From Arcobacteraceae bacterium (GTDB lineage Bacteria; Campylobacterota; Campylobacteria; Campylobacterales; Arcobacteraceae): 64,000 nt of DNA. Below the pieces are notes generated by a model that had not been told where the DNA came from, made no database searches, and worked only from the letters and a program-made list of their open reading frames with translations. Where the stretch lies: contig CBDCZH010000015.1 of assembly GCA_965224485.1 (NCBI GenBank), positions 160,001-224,000 of the forward strand. The letters are read 5' to 3'. Both the position numbers and the translations under genes were made by a program. Of the stretch, positions 39,536 to 50,383 are shown in pieces; the stretch's first letter is position 1, and each line of letters opens with the position of its first letter.

Positions 39536-40492
39536 ATGAAAGATTTAAAAAAAAGTAAAAATGTTTTACATAAAAGAAACTTACATAAAGATTTATATAA
39601 TTTTGAAGCTTTAAGTAAAAGTGAACCTTCACTAAAAGAGTTTGTTGTAAAAAATAAATATGATAATTTATCAATTGATTTTTCAAACTCTAAGGCAGTA
39701 TTTGCTTTAAACAAAGCACTTTTAGCGTATTTTTATAAAATTAAAACATGGGACTTACCCGAAAACTACCTATGTCCAGCAATTCCAGGACGGGCTGATT
39801 ATATTCATTATTTAGCAGATTTATTAGCAAAAAACAACAATAATAAAATTCCTAGTAAAATAAAAGCATTAGACATAGGAATTGGAGCAAATTGTATTTA
39901 TAGTATCTTGGGAGCTAGAATTTACGATTGGGACTTTATAGGCTCTGATATTGATTCTAAGAGTATAGAAATTGCAAATAATATAATTTCTGCAAATGAA
40001 AATATCAAAAATAAGATAAAAACACTTGTACAAAAAGATAAAAGCAGTATTTTTAAAGAAATAATAAAAGAAAATGATTATTTTGATCTAACTATATGTA
40101 ATCCTCCTTTCCATAACTCAAAAGAAGAAGCAAATAAACAAAGTAGCAAAAAAGTAAAGAACTTAAATAAAAATGGCCATAATAAGAATAGAGAAAACTC
40201 TGTTTTAAATTTTGAGGGCCAAAATAATGAACTCTGGTGTGAAGGTGGAGAACTACAATTTATTAAAAAAATGATACAAGAGAGTAAACAATATAAAAAC
40301 AATTGTTTATATTTTACTTCTTTAGTATCTAAAAAAGATAATTTACCCTTATTGTATGCTGAGCTTAAAAAAGCAAAAGCTTTAGAAATTCAAACTATAC
40401 AAATGGCACAAGGTCAAAAAATATCTCGATTTATTGCCTGGAGTTTTTTAAGCAAAAAAGAGCAAAAAATCTGGGTTTTAGATAAGTGGTAA
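39536..40492 (+). CDS. rlmF: 23S rRNA m6A1618 methyltransferase
   Basis: LH.RNLH, YLCPAIPGRADYIHY, LDIGIGANCIY, CNPPFH, ELWCEGGE, MAQGQK.SRF.AW. Confidence 0.96.
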   Translation: MKDLKKSKNVLHKRNLHKDLYNFEALSKSEPSLKEFVVKNKYDNLSIDFSNSKAVFALNKALLAYFYKIKTWDLPENYLCPAIPGRADYIHYLADLLAKNNNNKIPSKIKALDIGIGANCIYSILGARIYDWDFIGSDIDSKSIEIANNIISANENIKNKIKTLVQKDKSSIFKEIIKENDYFDLTICNPPFHNSKEEANKQSSKKVKNLNKNGHNKNRENSVLNFEGQNNELWCEGGELQFIKKMIQESKQYKNNCLYFTSLVSKKDNLPLLYAELKKAKALEIQTIQMAQGQKISRFIAWSFLSKKEQKIWVLDKW

Positions 40493-40493
40493 A

Positions 40494-41495
40494 ATGACTC
40501 TGAGGTTTGCTACATTTAATCTTTTCCAATTTGCTGCTTATCCTTATTCTTATTACACAAAAAAAGGAAGGTTTTCCCAAGTAAAATGGAAAACAAAAAT
40601 CCTTTGGGTAGGTGAGCAAATAATTAAACTCAACTGTGATGTAATTGCTTTTCAAGAAGTTTTTTCTACTTATGAATTAGAAGAATTAGTAAAAAGCTTA
40701 GGTTTTAAATATTTTGCTACAGTTCAAGTTCCTAAGAAAAGTTTAACTAATGATAAAGTTTTTATTAGTACTACCGTTGCCCTTGCTTCAAAATATGAAA
40801 TTACAGATATTTCAACAGTTAAAGCTCATGGAAAAAGTTTAAAAGATTTAAATTTTAAAACACATTTTACCTTTGCTAGACTTCCTATTAAAGCTAAAAT
40901 TAAAATAAATGATAAAACATCTATTTTTGTTTATGTAGCTCATTTTAAATCAAATAGAGAAAATGAATTTGAGTATATTTTTTGTAAAAATGATTCTTTA
41001 GAGTATAAAAAAGAACAAAGTAAAAAAGCTCTTGATTTTGGAAAAGCACTCTCTTTAGAACAACGTTTGGCAGAAGCATCTTCACTTTTTTTTGACATGA
41101 AAAAAATTAAAGGTACACCAATAGTTTTTATGTGTGATTTAAATGATAAAGAGTTTTCTTTAGTACATGAAGCATTAAGAAATAAATCTTATTATACAAA
41201 TAAGAATACGAATGATTATCTTTTATATGATACCTATGATTTATATAAGAAAAAAGTTTATAATCCCCATCCTGAAGCAAAAGAGATCAAAAGAGCTGCT
41301 ACTTCATATTATCAAGGAAATGGAAATGTGTTAGATTATATTTTTGTTTCAAAACATTTTAAAAATGATTCAGCTAATAATATTTTTAAAATATCTTCTT
41401 ATGAAGTTTTTGATAGCCATATAAAAGAAAGTATAAAATCAAATCTTTTAAAAAGTGACCATGCTCAAGTAGTAATTGAGTGTGAATTATTATAA
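40494..41495 (+). CDS. Endonuclease/exonuclease/phosphatase family protein
   Basis: ATFNL, DVIAFQEV, HFKS, DLND, LDYIFVS, SDHA. Confidence 0.92.
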   Translation: MTLRFATFNLFQFAAYPYSYYTKKGRFSQVKWKTKILWVGEQIIKLNCDVIAFQEVFSTYELEELVKSLGFKYFATVQVPKKSLTNDKVFISTTVALASKYEITDISTVKAHGKSLKDLNFKTHFTFARLPIKAKIKINDKTSIFVYVAHFKSNRENEFEYIFCKNDSLEYKKEQSKKALDFGKALSLEQRLAEASSLFFDMKKIKGTPIVFMCDLNDKEFSLVHEALRNKSYYTNKNTNDYLLYDTYDLYKKKVYNPHPEAKEIKRAATSYYQGNGNVLDYIFVSKHFKNDSANNIFKISSYEVFDSHIKESIKSNLLKSDHAQVVIECELL

Positions 41496-41527
41496 ACACA
41501 CTCTTTTACTTAAAGAAATTTTATAAA

Positions 41528-41935
41528 TTATTTAACTGTTGATAATCCTTTATCAATCCAGCCATAATTAATACCACCTTTAAGTTCATAAACATTTTTA
41601 TATTTCATTTGTGAGCTTAACATTTTCCCAAGAACTTTTGATCTATTTGCATGAGCACAGATTAAAACAAAAGGCTGATTTTTAGTTTTTACGAATTTAC
41701 TAAATTCGCTCATCCATTTATCACCATCATATTTACCAAATTTATCAAAAAATGTTAATTTATGACTTCCTTTAATAGTTCCATATTGACTCCACTCATC
41801 AGCTCTTCTAATATCAATAACTACCGTACCTTTTTTTATAGCTTCTGCTAATTGTATCTCATCAACTTCTCTAAAATCTGCAAAAGCAGAACTAATCATT
41901 AGTAATATTATCAAAAAAATCTTTTTCATAAACAC
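41528..41935 (-). CDS. Exported rhodanese-like protein
   Basis: Signal peptide, VIDIRR..EW...G.I.GS, LICAHANRS, L.GGI..W. Confidence 0.9.
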   Translation of the reverse strand: MFMKKIFLIILLMISSAFADFREVDEIQLAEAIKKGTVVIDIRRADEWSQYGTIKGSHKLTFFDKFGKYDGDKWMSEFSKFVKTKNQPFVLICAHANRSKVLGKMLSSQMKYKNVYELKGGINYGWIDKGLSTVK

Positions 41936-42121
41936 TTCCTTATATAAGATAATCTTATTATACTATATTTTTTTTTAAACTTTGAAGGAAATTATTTAAA
42001 GAATTAGCAAAATTTCATTTTGAGTGTTACACCATTTATAGAAGCAATTATTTTATTAGAAGATAATAACCCAATTGTAGATATAAATAGTATATAAAAA
42101 GAGGTTTCCTCTTTTTATATT

Positions 42122-42478
42122 TTAAAGTTGTTTTCCAATACCTTTTGTAAGATTTAACATAAAAGCTAAACCTCTTCTTGTATCTTCATCTTTCATAAGT
42201 TTTAATAAACCGAATAAAGATGGAACTTCATTTTTAGCATTCTCTCTTTTTGCATGACGTATAGCATTCTCAGTTATAAAACTAGCTGTTGCCATATTAT
42301 CAATAGAGGTAACCATTTTTTCAACCATAGGTGTAGTAGTCATCTCAATTTGATCTGAAACTACAGCTAATAAATCAACTAAATTATCTAATCTTCCAGT
42401 TTGAACCAACATTGTCATTTGGTCTTCAATCTTTTGCATTTCTGCTGTTTTTATTACTTTTACTTCTTCACTCATCAT
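42122..42478 (-). CDS. DUF1641-domain protein
   Basis: C-terminal PSLFGLLKLMKDEDTRRGLAF; adjacent to SQR as is typical. Confidence 0.85.
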   Translation of the reverse strand: MMSEEVKVIKTAEMQKIEDQMTMLVQTGRLDNLVDLLAVVSDQIEMTTTPMVEKMVTSIDNMATASFITENAIRHAKRENAKNEVPSLFGLLKLMKDEDTRRGLAFMLNLTKGIGKQL

Positions 42479-42484
42479 TATCTC

Positions 42485-43672
42485 CTATAACATTCCACGA
42501 GCTGCTGCCCAATATAAACCTTTGTTAAAACCTAATCTAACAAAACTTCCTAACTTACTACAAGGTGTTGGTTTAACATCTTCTTCATAGTCATACCATA
42601 AAGGCATTCCACAAGAAAGACCCATTTGAGCTACTGCAATCACTTTTCCATCATAAGACTCAGTTGGATAGCCATATCTAAGCTCAGCTGCAATATTATC
42701 AGCAACTACATCAGTTTGATTATGAATTGTACCCCCAGCTTTTGAAACAGATAAATCAACAGTATCTCCTAATGTATAAATATTATCACTTCCAATTACT
42801 TTTAGACTCTGTTTATCAGTTGGCAACCACCCCTCATCATCAAGTGCTTTTGATAAACCAGAATCTCTAATTACTTTTGCAGCAATAAAAGGAGGAGTTG
42901 ACATTAAAATATCAAACTCCATCTCTTCACCCTCTTGTGAATAAGCTATTTTTTTTACTGGATCTACTTTATTTAAAGTAAAAGATGTTTTATATTTAAC
43001 ATTAATACTATCAAAAATAGAAGGAAGAACATTTGAAGTTGGAGTTTGCAAAAACAGTCCATTAGTTACAGATTGCGCTTCTTTGGGATAAGTATAAATA
43101 ATCTCAATATCATCTCTGACACCTTTTTCAGTTAAATAGTCATGTAACATCATTGTAGTTTCAACAGGTGCAATTCCACATTGATGAGGAATATTTGGAG
43201 TTTTTGGAAAGTTAATAGTAACTAAAACTCTTCCTTTTTTCAACTTTGCAAATTTCTTAGCAATTTTTTTTGCCCCCTCATAACTATAGAACCAATCTCC
43301 CCCTTCTTGTAAACCGGGAATTCTATCAGCCGCTACTTCACACCCTGTTGCTAGTACTAAATAATCATATTCATATTTTTTACCACTTTTTGTTATTACA
43401 TGATTTTCTTTTGATTTAATTTCAATAGCAGCATCTACAAAAAAATCAATCTCTGGCATAAGTAGAGTTCTTTGATCTCTAATAAACTCATTTCCATCTG
43501 ACTTGTGAAAAGCCACATACATAGCCCCTGGTTTATATACATGTTTTGCGGAATCTGAAATCATTGTAATTTTAATTTCATTTTTGTCAATTTCTGGCAT
43601 TAATTTTTTAGTTAAATTATTTGCAGTCATTGTTCCAGCAGTACCACCACCAACAATAAGAATATTCTTCAT
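42485..43672 (-). CDS. sqr: Sulfide:quinone oxidoreductase-like FAD flavoprotein (probably type III)
   Basis: ILIVGGGTAG, YDYLVLATG, QCGIAPVE, LGD, SKAG; followed by DUF1641 and rhodanese. Confidence 0.8.
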   Translation of the reverse strand: MKNILIVGGGTAGTMTANNLTKKLMPEIDKNEIKITMISDSAKHVYKPGAMYVAFHKSDGNEFIRDQRTLLMPEIDFFVDAAIEIKSKENHVITKSGKKYEYDYLVLATGCEVAADRIPGLQEGGDWFYSYEGAKKIAKKFAKLKKGRVLVTINFPKTPNIPHQCGIAPVETTMMLHDYLTEKGVRDDIEIIYTYPKEAQSVTNGLFLQTPTSNVLPSIFDSINVKYKTSFTLNKVDPVKKIAYSQEGEEMEFDILMSTPPFIAAKVIRDSGLSKALDDEGWLPTDKQSLKVIGSDNIYTLGDTVDLSVSKAGGTIHNQTDVVADNIAAELRYGYPTESYDGKVIAVAQMGLSCGMPLWYDYEEDVKPTPCSKLGSFVRLGFNKGLYWAAARGML

Positions 43673-43764
43673 TCGTTCTCCTTAATATTTTATATAAATA
43701 TTGTAACTAAGGTAAACAAGTTTAAAATAAGGGATATATAAAATTAATATAAGGTTTTAAAGTT

Positions 43765-44445
43765 CTAAAGGTTTATTTTGTAACCTAAACCTTTTAAATT
43801 CTGTATTAAAGAAGAGTATGTTTTTTTTCTAAGTCCAACTATAACCATTCTCATGGCATCTGCAGTTGTATCTTCTTGCCAAATAACTTCTTCTATTAGT
43901 TCTAAAGTTACAAAAGTATCTCTATTTTTTAATAATAATTCTAAAAGTAAAAGTTCTTTTTTTGTTAAAGTTACTAAAGTATTATCTTTATAAAGAGTTT
44001 TTAATGAACTATCAAAGATAAAAGATTCTTTCAAATCAACTCTATTTTTAATAACCTCTTTTGTGAAAACATAAGAGCTAATTGCAAAAAGCAATTCATC
44101 TATATCAAGAGGTTTTTTTAGATATAAATGCACTCCTGCTTCAACTGCTTTATTAATATAAGGACTACTATTAAAGGCTGTCATAACAATTCTAAAAGTA
44201 GTAACATCAAGACTTTTTATTTTTTGTAAAAAAGTTAAGCCATCAATATCAGGCATTTGAATATCTGCTAGAACTATATTAGTTGGAGTTTTTTTAAAAA
44301 TATTCAAACCTTCAATTGCATCACAAGCAGAATAAACTTCTCTAAAATAGATAGATAAAACCCTTTTTAGCCATTTTAAAGTACTCACATCATCTTCTAC
44401 AATTAAAATTGTTTTTGTTTCAAGTTTAGAATAAATAGCATCCAT
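43765..44445 (-). CDS. OmpR-family response regulator
   Basis: ILIVEDD, DIQMP..DG, MTAF, KP, LTKKE..LL, G.GYK. Confidence 0.93.
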   Translation of the reverse strand: MDAIYSKLETKTILIVEDDVSTLKWLKRVLSIYFREVYSACDAIEGLNIFKKTPTNIVLADIQMPDIDGLTFLQKIKSLDVTTFRIVMTAFNSSPYINKAVEAGVHLYLKKPLDIDELLFAISSYVFTKEVIKNRVDLKESFIFDSSLKTLYKDNTLVTLTKKELLLLELLLKNRDTFVTLELIEEVIWQEDTTADAMRMVIVGLRKKTYSSLIQNLKGLGYKINL

Positions 44446-45914
44446 TAAATCAGCCCCTTAAAACTAATAGAAAATTTAGCTCCATCTTTATGATTTTTTA
44501 TACTAAGTCTACCTTTCATATGGTGTTCAATTATAACTTTTGACATATATAATCCAATACCGCTACCATTCTCTCTTGTAGTAAAATAAGGATCAAATAT
44601 TTTAGAAATATTCTCTTTTTTTATTCCTCCACCATTATCGATAATATCAATATTTATTAATTGATTATCTACTTTAACACAAATACCAATAGCGCCTCTT
44701 TCTCTTTTTTTAATTATTATTGCCATCATTGAATTATGAACTATATTCATCATAACTTGCCTAAACTCATTTGAAAAACCAAGAACTCTTATATCTTCTT
44801 TAATCTTTGACTCTATTTTTACCTCAATATTATTTATCTTTAATTGAACATCAATAAGCCGTATAGCCTCTTTTATATTTGTAAATAAATCAAAGGTTTC
44901 TTTCTTTTTAGAGAGTCTAAAAAAAGTACTAAAATCATCAATTGTTTGAGACATATAATTAACTTTTTCCATAATTTCACTCTCTATTTCCAACAAAGTC
45001 TCTTTTTTTAAACTCTCTTTTTTACTGATATGTTTTAAGCCTTGAACTATAATTCCTAATCCATTTAAGGGTTGTCTCCACTGATGAGCAATTGAGTCAA
45101 TCATCTCACCCATTGCAGCAAGTCTTGATTGATGGCACATTATTTCATGCTGCTGTCTTCTTTTTTCAACTTCAAGTTCAACTTGTTTTTTAAGTTCCTC
45201 TTGATACTTTATATCATCAGTTATATCAGAAGTAATCATAAGTATTTTACCACTACTTTTAAGATAACTAAGAGACATACTAGCATTCATATGTTCTCCA
45301 CTTTTAGAGATACAAACTTTTCTAAAGTTTACTACACTTCCTTCTCTTATTGCAGTTTCAACAGCAGTTTCAGAGGGTTTTTTAAACTCTTTTGAGGATA
45401 AAGATATACAAGACTCTTTATACAACTCTTCCATTGTATATCCCATCATTTCTTGAAAAAAGTTATTTGCATATAAAAACATACCTTTTTTATCTAAAAT
45501 AGAGATTCCATTAGCCGCAAGATCAAAAAATGCCTGCTGTTCCTCTTTTTTAGATACCAAATCATGTATACTTTTATTGAATTCTATTTCAACTTTTGAG
45601 TACTTTGTTATATCAAATAAATAAAGGGCTTTGTTTTTGGAGCCTTCAATCTCTTGAATGCTAACTTCAAAATTAATATCTTGCCAGATTAAATTTACTG
45701 AGTCGGTTATTTTTAATAATAAACTTTTTAAAAAAGAGTAATTTATTTTAGAAAAGAGCTTGGTTAAGTTTTTATTATCTACTTCAATATTAAAAGAAGA
45801 TAATTGTTTTCCGCAACTTTCAATAACTTTTTGTTTTTCATCTATAAGTAAAATTATTGTTTTTGGAATTTCATTTAGTGAAAAGAGTTTAGAATTTTTA
45901 GATAGCATATACAC
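44445..45914 (-). CDS. Cytoplasmic PAS sensor histidine kinase
   Basis: PAS region (YAN..F..MMGYT.EEL), MGEMIDSIAHQWRQPL, DNGGGI, GSGIGLY; no obvious TM. Confidence 0.92.
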   Translation of the reverse strand: MYMLSKNSKLFSLNEIPKTIILLIDEKQKVIESCGKQLSSFNIEVDNKNLTKLFSKINYSFLKSLLLKITDSVNLIWQDINFEVSIQEIEGSKNKALYLFDITKYSKVEIEFNKSIHDLVSKKEEQQAFFDLAANGISILDKKGMFLYANNFFQEMMGYTMEELYKESCISLSSKEFKKPSETAVETAIREGSVVNFRKVCISKSGEHMNASMSLSYLKSSGKILMITSDITDDIKYQEELKKQVELEVEKRRQQHEIMCHQSRLAAMGEMIDSIAHQWRQPLNGLGIIVQGLKHISKKESLKKETLLEIESEIMEKVNYMSQTIDDFSTFFRLSKKKETFDLFTNIKEAIRLIDVQLKINNIEVKIESKIKEDIRVLGFSNEFRQVMMNIVHNSMMAIIIKKRERGAIGICVKVDNQLINIDIIDNGGGIKKENISKIFDPYFTTRENGSGIGLYMSKVIIEHHMKGRLSIKNHKDGAKFSISFKGLI

Positions 45915-45990
45915 TCCATAATTATATAAAAATCTTCTTCCTTTTATAGGATAATCTTAGCATACTATATATTAGATTTATTTTAAAGTA

Positions 45991-46437
45991 TTATTTTCTA
46001 CTTTGGAAGAATTTATTTAAAGAATTAGCAAAATTTTGTATATCTTTTTTATTAAAAGCTTTAGGCCCTTTAGTAAGCTCTCCACTATCTCTTATTTCTT
46101 GCATTAGGTTTCTTATTGATAAATACTGTTTGATATTATCTTTCGTATATAACTCTCCTCTATGATCTAAAGCATGAGCATTTTTAGAAATTATTCTATC
46201 TGCAAGAGGAATATCAGCTGTTATAACTAAATCACCCTCTTGTACAAGTTTTACAATTTGATCATCAGCCTCATCTGCACCTAATGTAACAATTTGATAA
46301 CTTATATTTTTAGCTGTTCCTATATCTATTTTTTTATTAGCTATTACAGTAGTTTTTAAATCAAGTTTTGTAATAGCCTTAAATAAAATAGTTTTTAAAG
46401 CATTTGGAAAAGCATCTCCATCAACATAAATTATCAT
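45991..46437 (-). CDS. YaiI/YqxD family protein
   Basis: IYVDGDAFP, DEADD.I, GDLVITADIPLA. Confidence 0.93.
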   Translation of the reverse strand: MIIYVDGDAFPNALKTILFKAITKLDLKTTVIANKKIDIGTAKNISYQIVTLGADEADDQIVKLVQEGDLVITADIPLADRIISKNAHALDHRGELYTKDNIKQYLSIRNLMQEIRDSGELTKGPKAFNKKDIQNFANSLNKFFQSRK

Positions 46438-46632
46438 CTAAAAACCTTGAACTCTTCCTACATCGCCAGATTCTAAACGAACTTTTATTCCCCTAGCATG
46501 ATATTTTGAACTTGTTAAAAGATTTTGTACAACGCCAACAACTCTTTTATTAGTTCTTTGATCTTTTTTTAAAACAATACTAACTTTTAAACCAATTGTA
46601 ATATCATCTCTTTCTCTATGATCTCGAATCAT
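46438..46632 (-). CDS. YwbE (DUF2196) family protein
   Basis: V.IVLKKDQRT...V.G.V..LLT.S..H.RGIKVRL..G.VGRV. Confidence 0.92.
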   Translation of the reverse strand: MIRDHRERDDITIGLKVSIVLKKDQRTNKRVVGVVQNLLTSSKYHARGIKVRLESGDVGRVQGF

Positions 46633-47125
46633 TTATGAATTCTTATATGCTAAAACTTCTTTTGCAAAATCAATATTATAGAAAAAAATGATTTTAAAAA
46701 GTAAAGAAACTTTAGTCTTTTTATTTTCACTAGAATCTAAAATATTAAATGAAAAACCTTTTACTTCATCTTCCTTAGCAGAAAAAACTCTAATTTCTAT
46801 TGGTTGAAGTGTTCTCATCATATTCATACAAGATTTATAATCTTTAGGATTTAAGCCCTTAATCATATCGCCATCTCTTTCTTCTTTTTGCATAGAAGAA
46901 AATAATAAATCATAAGTCTCTTTATAAATACTTTTACCCCAAGCTAGTTTTACATCTTTACAAGAAGCTTTTGCTTCTTTATTTAATAAAGGATTTGGTT
47001 TAGCACTTTTAACATACTCAACAAGCTGCAAAAAAGAGTTAACTCCACCTATTTTATTTGCATAAGATGTAATTTCTTTATTCAAGTCTTCTTTTTGTTT
47101 ATTATCTAAATCATTAAAATTCATA
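46633..47125 (-). CDS. Hypothetical protein (likely start at the second Met, after a GGAG RBS)
   Basis: Intact ORF translationally abutting ywbE; no motif recognised. Confidence 0.7.
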
Positions 47126-47299
47126 AATCTCCAATTGTTTATTTTTGCCATTATAGCTAAAAATTTAGTTCTTTTTCTATTTTACTCTTCGAATATTCTA
47201 TCAATGCAATAAAAAAGAAAAAACAATATTTTGAACAAATATCATTGTTAAAATAAAACAGATAACTACAAAAGTAAATAAAAATATTCTTTTCATTTC

Positions 47300-47995
47300 T
47301 TAAGACTCTAGGGCAAAAGAAACTGCACTTAAGGCATGAATCTTTGTTGTATCATATAAAGCTAAGTCAGTATCTTCTTGTTTTATTAACATAGTGATTT
47401 CTGTACAGCCTAAAATAACAGCTTCAGCTCCTTTTTCTTTTAAAGAATTTATAATTTTTATATACTCATTTTTTGATTCTTTTTTAACAATACCTAAACA
47501 AAGTTCTTCATATATTATTTTATGAATAAGCTCTTGAGATTTATTATTAGGAGTAAGTATTTCTATATTATAATTATCTTCAATTCTTTTTTTATAAAAA
47601 TCTTCACTCATAGTAAATTTTGTACCCAAAAGTGCCACTTTGCGAAAAGAGTCTTCTTGAAGTTTTAAAGCTGTAACATCTGCGATATGCAAAACTGGTA
47701 TTTTGATCTGTTTTTCTATTAAAGGAAGAACTTTATGCATGGTATTTGTACATATAATTAAAAAATCTGCTTTTGCTTTTTCTAGGTTTTGTATCTCAAT
47801 TAATAAAATATTGGCTAATTTACTCCACTGTTCTTTGTGTTGTAGTTTTTCTATTTCATCAAAATCTACACTTGCAAGAATTATTTTGGCACTATGTAAA
47901 GAACCAAGTTTTGCTCTTATTTCTTCATTAATCTCTTTATAATATAAAGCTGTACTTTCCCAAGACATTCCACCTAACATTCCTATTTTTTTCAT
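47300..47995 (-). CDS. Aspartate/glutamate racemase family protein (YgeA/RacX-like)
   Basis: MKKIGMLGGMSWEST, ICTNTMH, ILGCTEI. Confidence 0.94.
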   Translation of the reverse strand: MKKIGMLGGMSWESTALYYKEINEEIRAKLGSLHSAKIILASVDFDEIEKLQHKEQWSKLANILLIEIQNLEKAKADFLIICTNTMHKVLPLIEKQIKIPVLHIADVTALKLQEDSFRKVALLGTKFTMSEDFYKKRIEDNYNIEILTPNNKSQELIHKIIYEELCLGIVKKESKNEYIKIINSLKEKGAEAVILGCTEITMLIKQEDTDLALYDTTKIHALSAVSFALES

Positions 47996-48627
47996 ACAGA
48001 ACTCCATGCTAATTTTATACCAAAAGATATAAATAAAAAACCAACAACTTTTTTTATATATTTTGTTAAATATTTGGAAAAAGTAATTTTAGTTCTTAGA
48101 TGTAAAGAAGTATAAGCAGTAAGTATGCTTATAATAGTAGCTACAAAAATAAAAACTAATCCTAAGATTAATAAAGCCATACTTTTATTTAAAGAGTCTT
48201 TATTAATAAACTGTGGTAAAAATGTTATAAAAAATAGCGCAACCTTTGGATTAAGAATATTTATTAAAATGCCGTTAAAAAATATTTTCTTTAAATCATT
48301 TTTGGAGTTTGCATTTTCAAGATTTTTAACATTTTTAGAATCTTTAGAAAGTAACATACTAATACCTAAATAAATCAAATATCCTACACCTAAATATTTA
48401 ACAAACATAAATGCCATAGGTGAAGCTTGAAGAAGTGCAGAGAAACCAAGAACGGCAAGAAAAACATGAAATAAACAACCCATACTTATACCAAAACTAG
48501 CAATAACACCACTTTTAAACCCTTTATTTATGGTATTATTTAATATATATAACATATCAACACCAGGAGTAATATTTAAAAGCATACCAGCAAATATAAA
48601 TAAATACAAATCTGTAATACCATACAT
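47992..48627 (-). CDS. LysE/RhtB translocator
   Basis: ITPGVD, G..YL.YLG, NILNPKVALFF..FLPQF. Confidence 0.94.
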   Translation of the reverse strand: MYGITDLYLFIFAGMLLNITPGVDMLYILNNTINKGFKSGVIASFGISMGCLFHVFLAVLGFSALLQASPMAFMFVKYLGVGYLIYLGISMLLSKDSKNVKNLENANSKNDLKKIFFNGILINILNPKVALFFITFLPQFINKDSLNKSMALLILGLVFIFVATIISILTAYTSLHLRTKITFSKYLTKYIKKVVGFLFISFGIKLAWSSV

Positions 48628-48628
48628 T

Positions 48629-49186
48629 TTATTTTACACTTATACTTGTATCATAAGCAAGTTCATAAAAGCTGTTATTATTGAACGTAAACTCATGTAT
48701 AACTTCAAGCTTAAGTTTTCTTACATGAGCCTCATATGATCTTTTATTAACTTTATTTATAAATGTAATTAAAATAGGATATTTTTTATTCATTTCTTCT
48801 CTTGCATATTCAAACAAAGATTTAAAAGCATCTGTTCCTCTACACTCTTTTGAAACACAAATAGGTCCATATTGATAAGAGTTTTCCATATTAAGTTTAA
48901 GACCATTAAATTCTAAGTCTTCTAAAAAAGATGCCATATATTCAAACATTGGCCAAGCTATCCAGTACTGCCAAGAAGCACACATGAGATAGGCTTGAAC
49001 TTTTTTATTTATTAAAACAATAAATACGCCATTTAGCTCAATTAACTCTTGTATTTGTTCTTTTAAGAAAGGAGTTGTAACAAAACCATCAGCTTTTTCA
49101 TTATCTTTTAAATTTGATACTAAGTTTTTTTCTTGAAGGTCTAAAATACCTTCAATATCAGCAGTTTTTGCAAGTGTTATTTCCAT
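48629..49186 (-). CDS. GNAT acetyltransferase
   Basis: GFVT, YQYGPICVSKECRG.G, N.RS..AH. Confidence 0.85.
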   Translation of the reverse strand: MEITLAKTADIEGILDLQEKNLVSNLKDNEKADGFVTTPFLKEQIQELIELNGVFIVLINKKVQAYLMCASWQYWIAWPMFEYMASFLEDLEFNGLKLNMENSYQYGPICVSKECRGTDAFKSLFEYAREEMNKKYPILITFINKVNKRSYEAHVRKLKLEVIHEFTFNNNSFYELAYDTSISVK

Positions 49187-49601
49187 GATAATCCTAAAAT
49201 ACTATTTAAAAGTAGTTTCAATAGTTTGTAATTTTATTATAATAAATTATATCAAAAACTACTATATATATAATAATAAACTAGCTAATAAAATCATCTT
49301 TTTATTATTCATGGGTTAAATCAATTTATACTGATGCCTTAAAACAAGGTAAAAACATGGGTAATATAAAAATTACCCCGATTATATATCTAGTTAAAGG
49401 CAAAAATTTATAACATATTCTTGATTTTAAATAGATACTTATAAAATAATTTTATAGTATCAAATAATAAAATAAAATCTTTAAGATATAAGTGAAGTAT
49501 ACACTGCTCTTATATCTTTTATAAAACTTTTACAATATTCTATTATACAAGATGAGTGTACACTCTGAAATTAGACTTTCTTATCCACTTAATACTAATT
49601 T

Positions 49602-50057
49602 TTACTTAAGAGATAAACCCTTTTTTTGCTTTTCTTTTAAAGCAGCCTCATCAGTTTTTTTAATGAAATTATCTACAATGATTTCAGCTTCAGCTGGTGT
49701 TGGAATATAGTATGGAATCATTATTGAAAAAATATTTTTAATAAAATTAAACAAACTAATAGACGATTCATTTCTTTTTTTAATTTCTTCTTCTATTTTT
49801 TTTCTTGGACTCTCTTCTATATCATTATTTTTAAGTTTAAGTTCATTATCCTTAAATATAAGACTTATTAAGGAATTACATCCTTCAAGTTTTTTTAAAA
49901 CTTCATTATTATTGTTTTCACTTTGAGATAAAGGTTTAGTTAAATCTAAGTTTAATATTTTTAAGGTATCTTCATCAAAATAGTTTTCTATATTATTTTC
50001 ACTTATTTTCAGTATAAAGAAATTGTTATCGCTTTTGAATACCTCTAATATTTTCAT
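49602..50057 (-). CDS. Hypothetical protein
   Basis: 151-aa ORF with AAGGA RBS; no motif recognised. Confidence 0.55.
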   Translation of the reverse strand: MKILEVFKSDNNFFILKISENNIENYFDEDTLKILNLDLTKPLSQSENNNNEVLKKLEGCNSLISLIFKDNELKLKNNDIEESPRKKIEEEIKKRNESSISLFNFIKNIFSIMIPYYIPTPAEAEIIVDNFIKKTDEAALKEKQKKGLSLK

Positions 50058-50383
50058 TTTTTTATCCTTACAGAGAATTTTTTAATCATTATTATACAAT
50101 GGAAACTAAAAAGAGAAGATTACATTAGTAGAAATATAACATAAAATCTAAATTTCTTTTTTTATGTAAGAATCCCCTATTTATAAACAACTACTCTTCT
50201 AATTGCTCTTGCATCATTAAACTAACTAAGCTAAATACTTTTCATAAACTTTCTCTTGCAAAGATGAAATAAAATCACCCACATAGCCCATACCATAGAC
50301 CTTCTTTTCTCTACTGTCTTCATTTATATTTTTAAGCATAAATAATCAATGAATTTAAAAAGCATAAGAGTTCTATATAAGTA

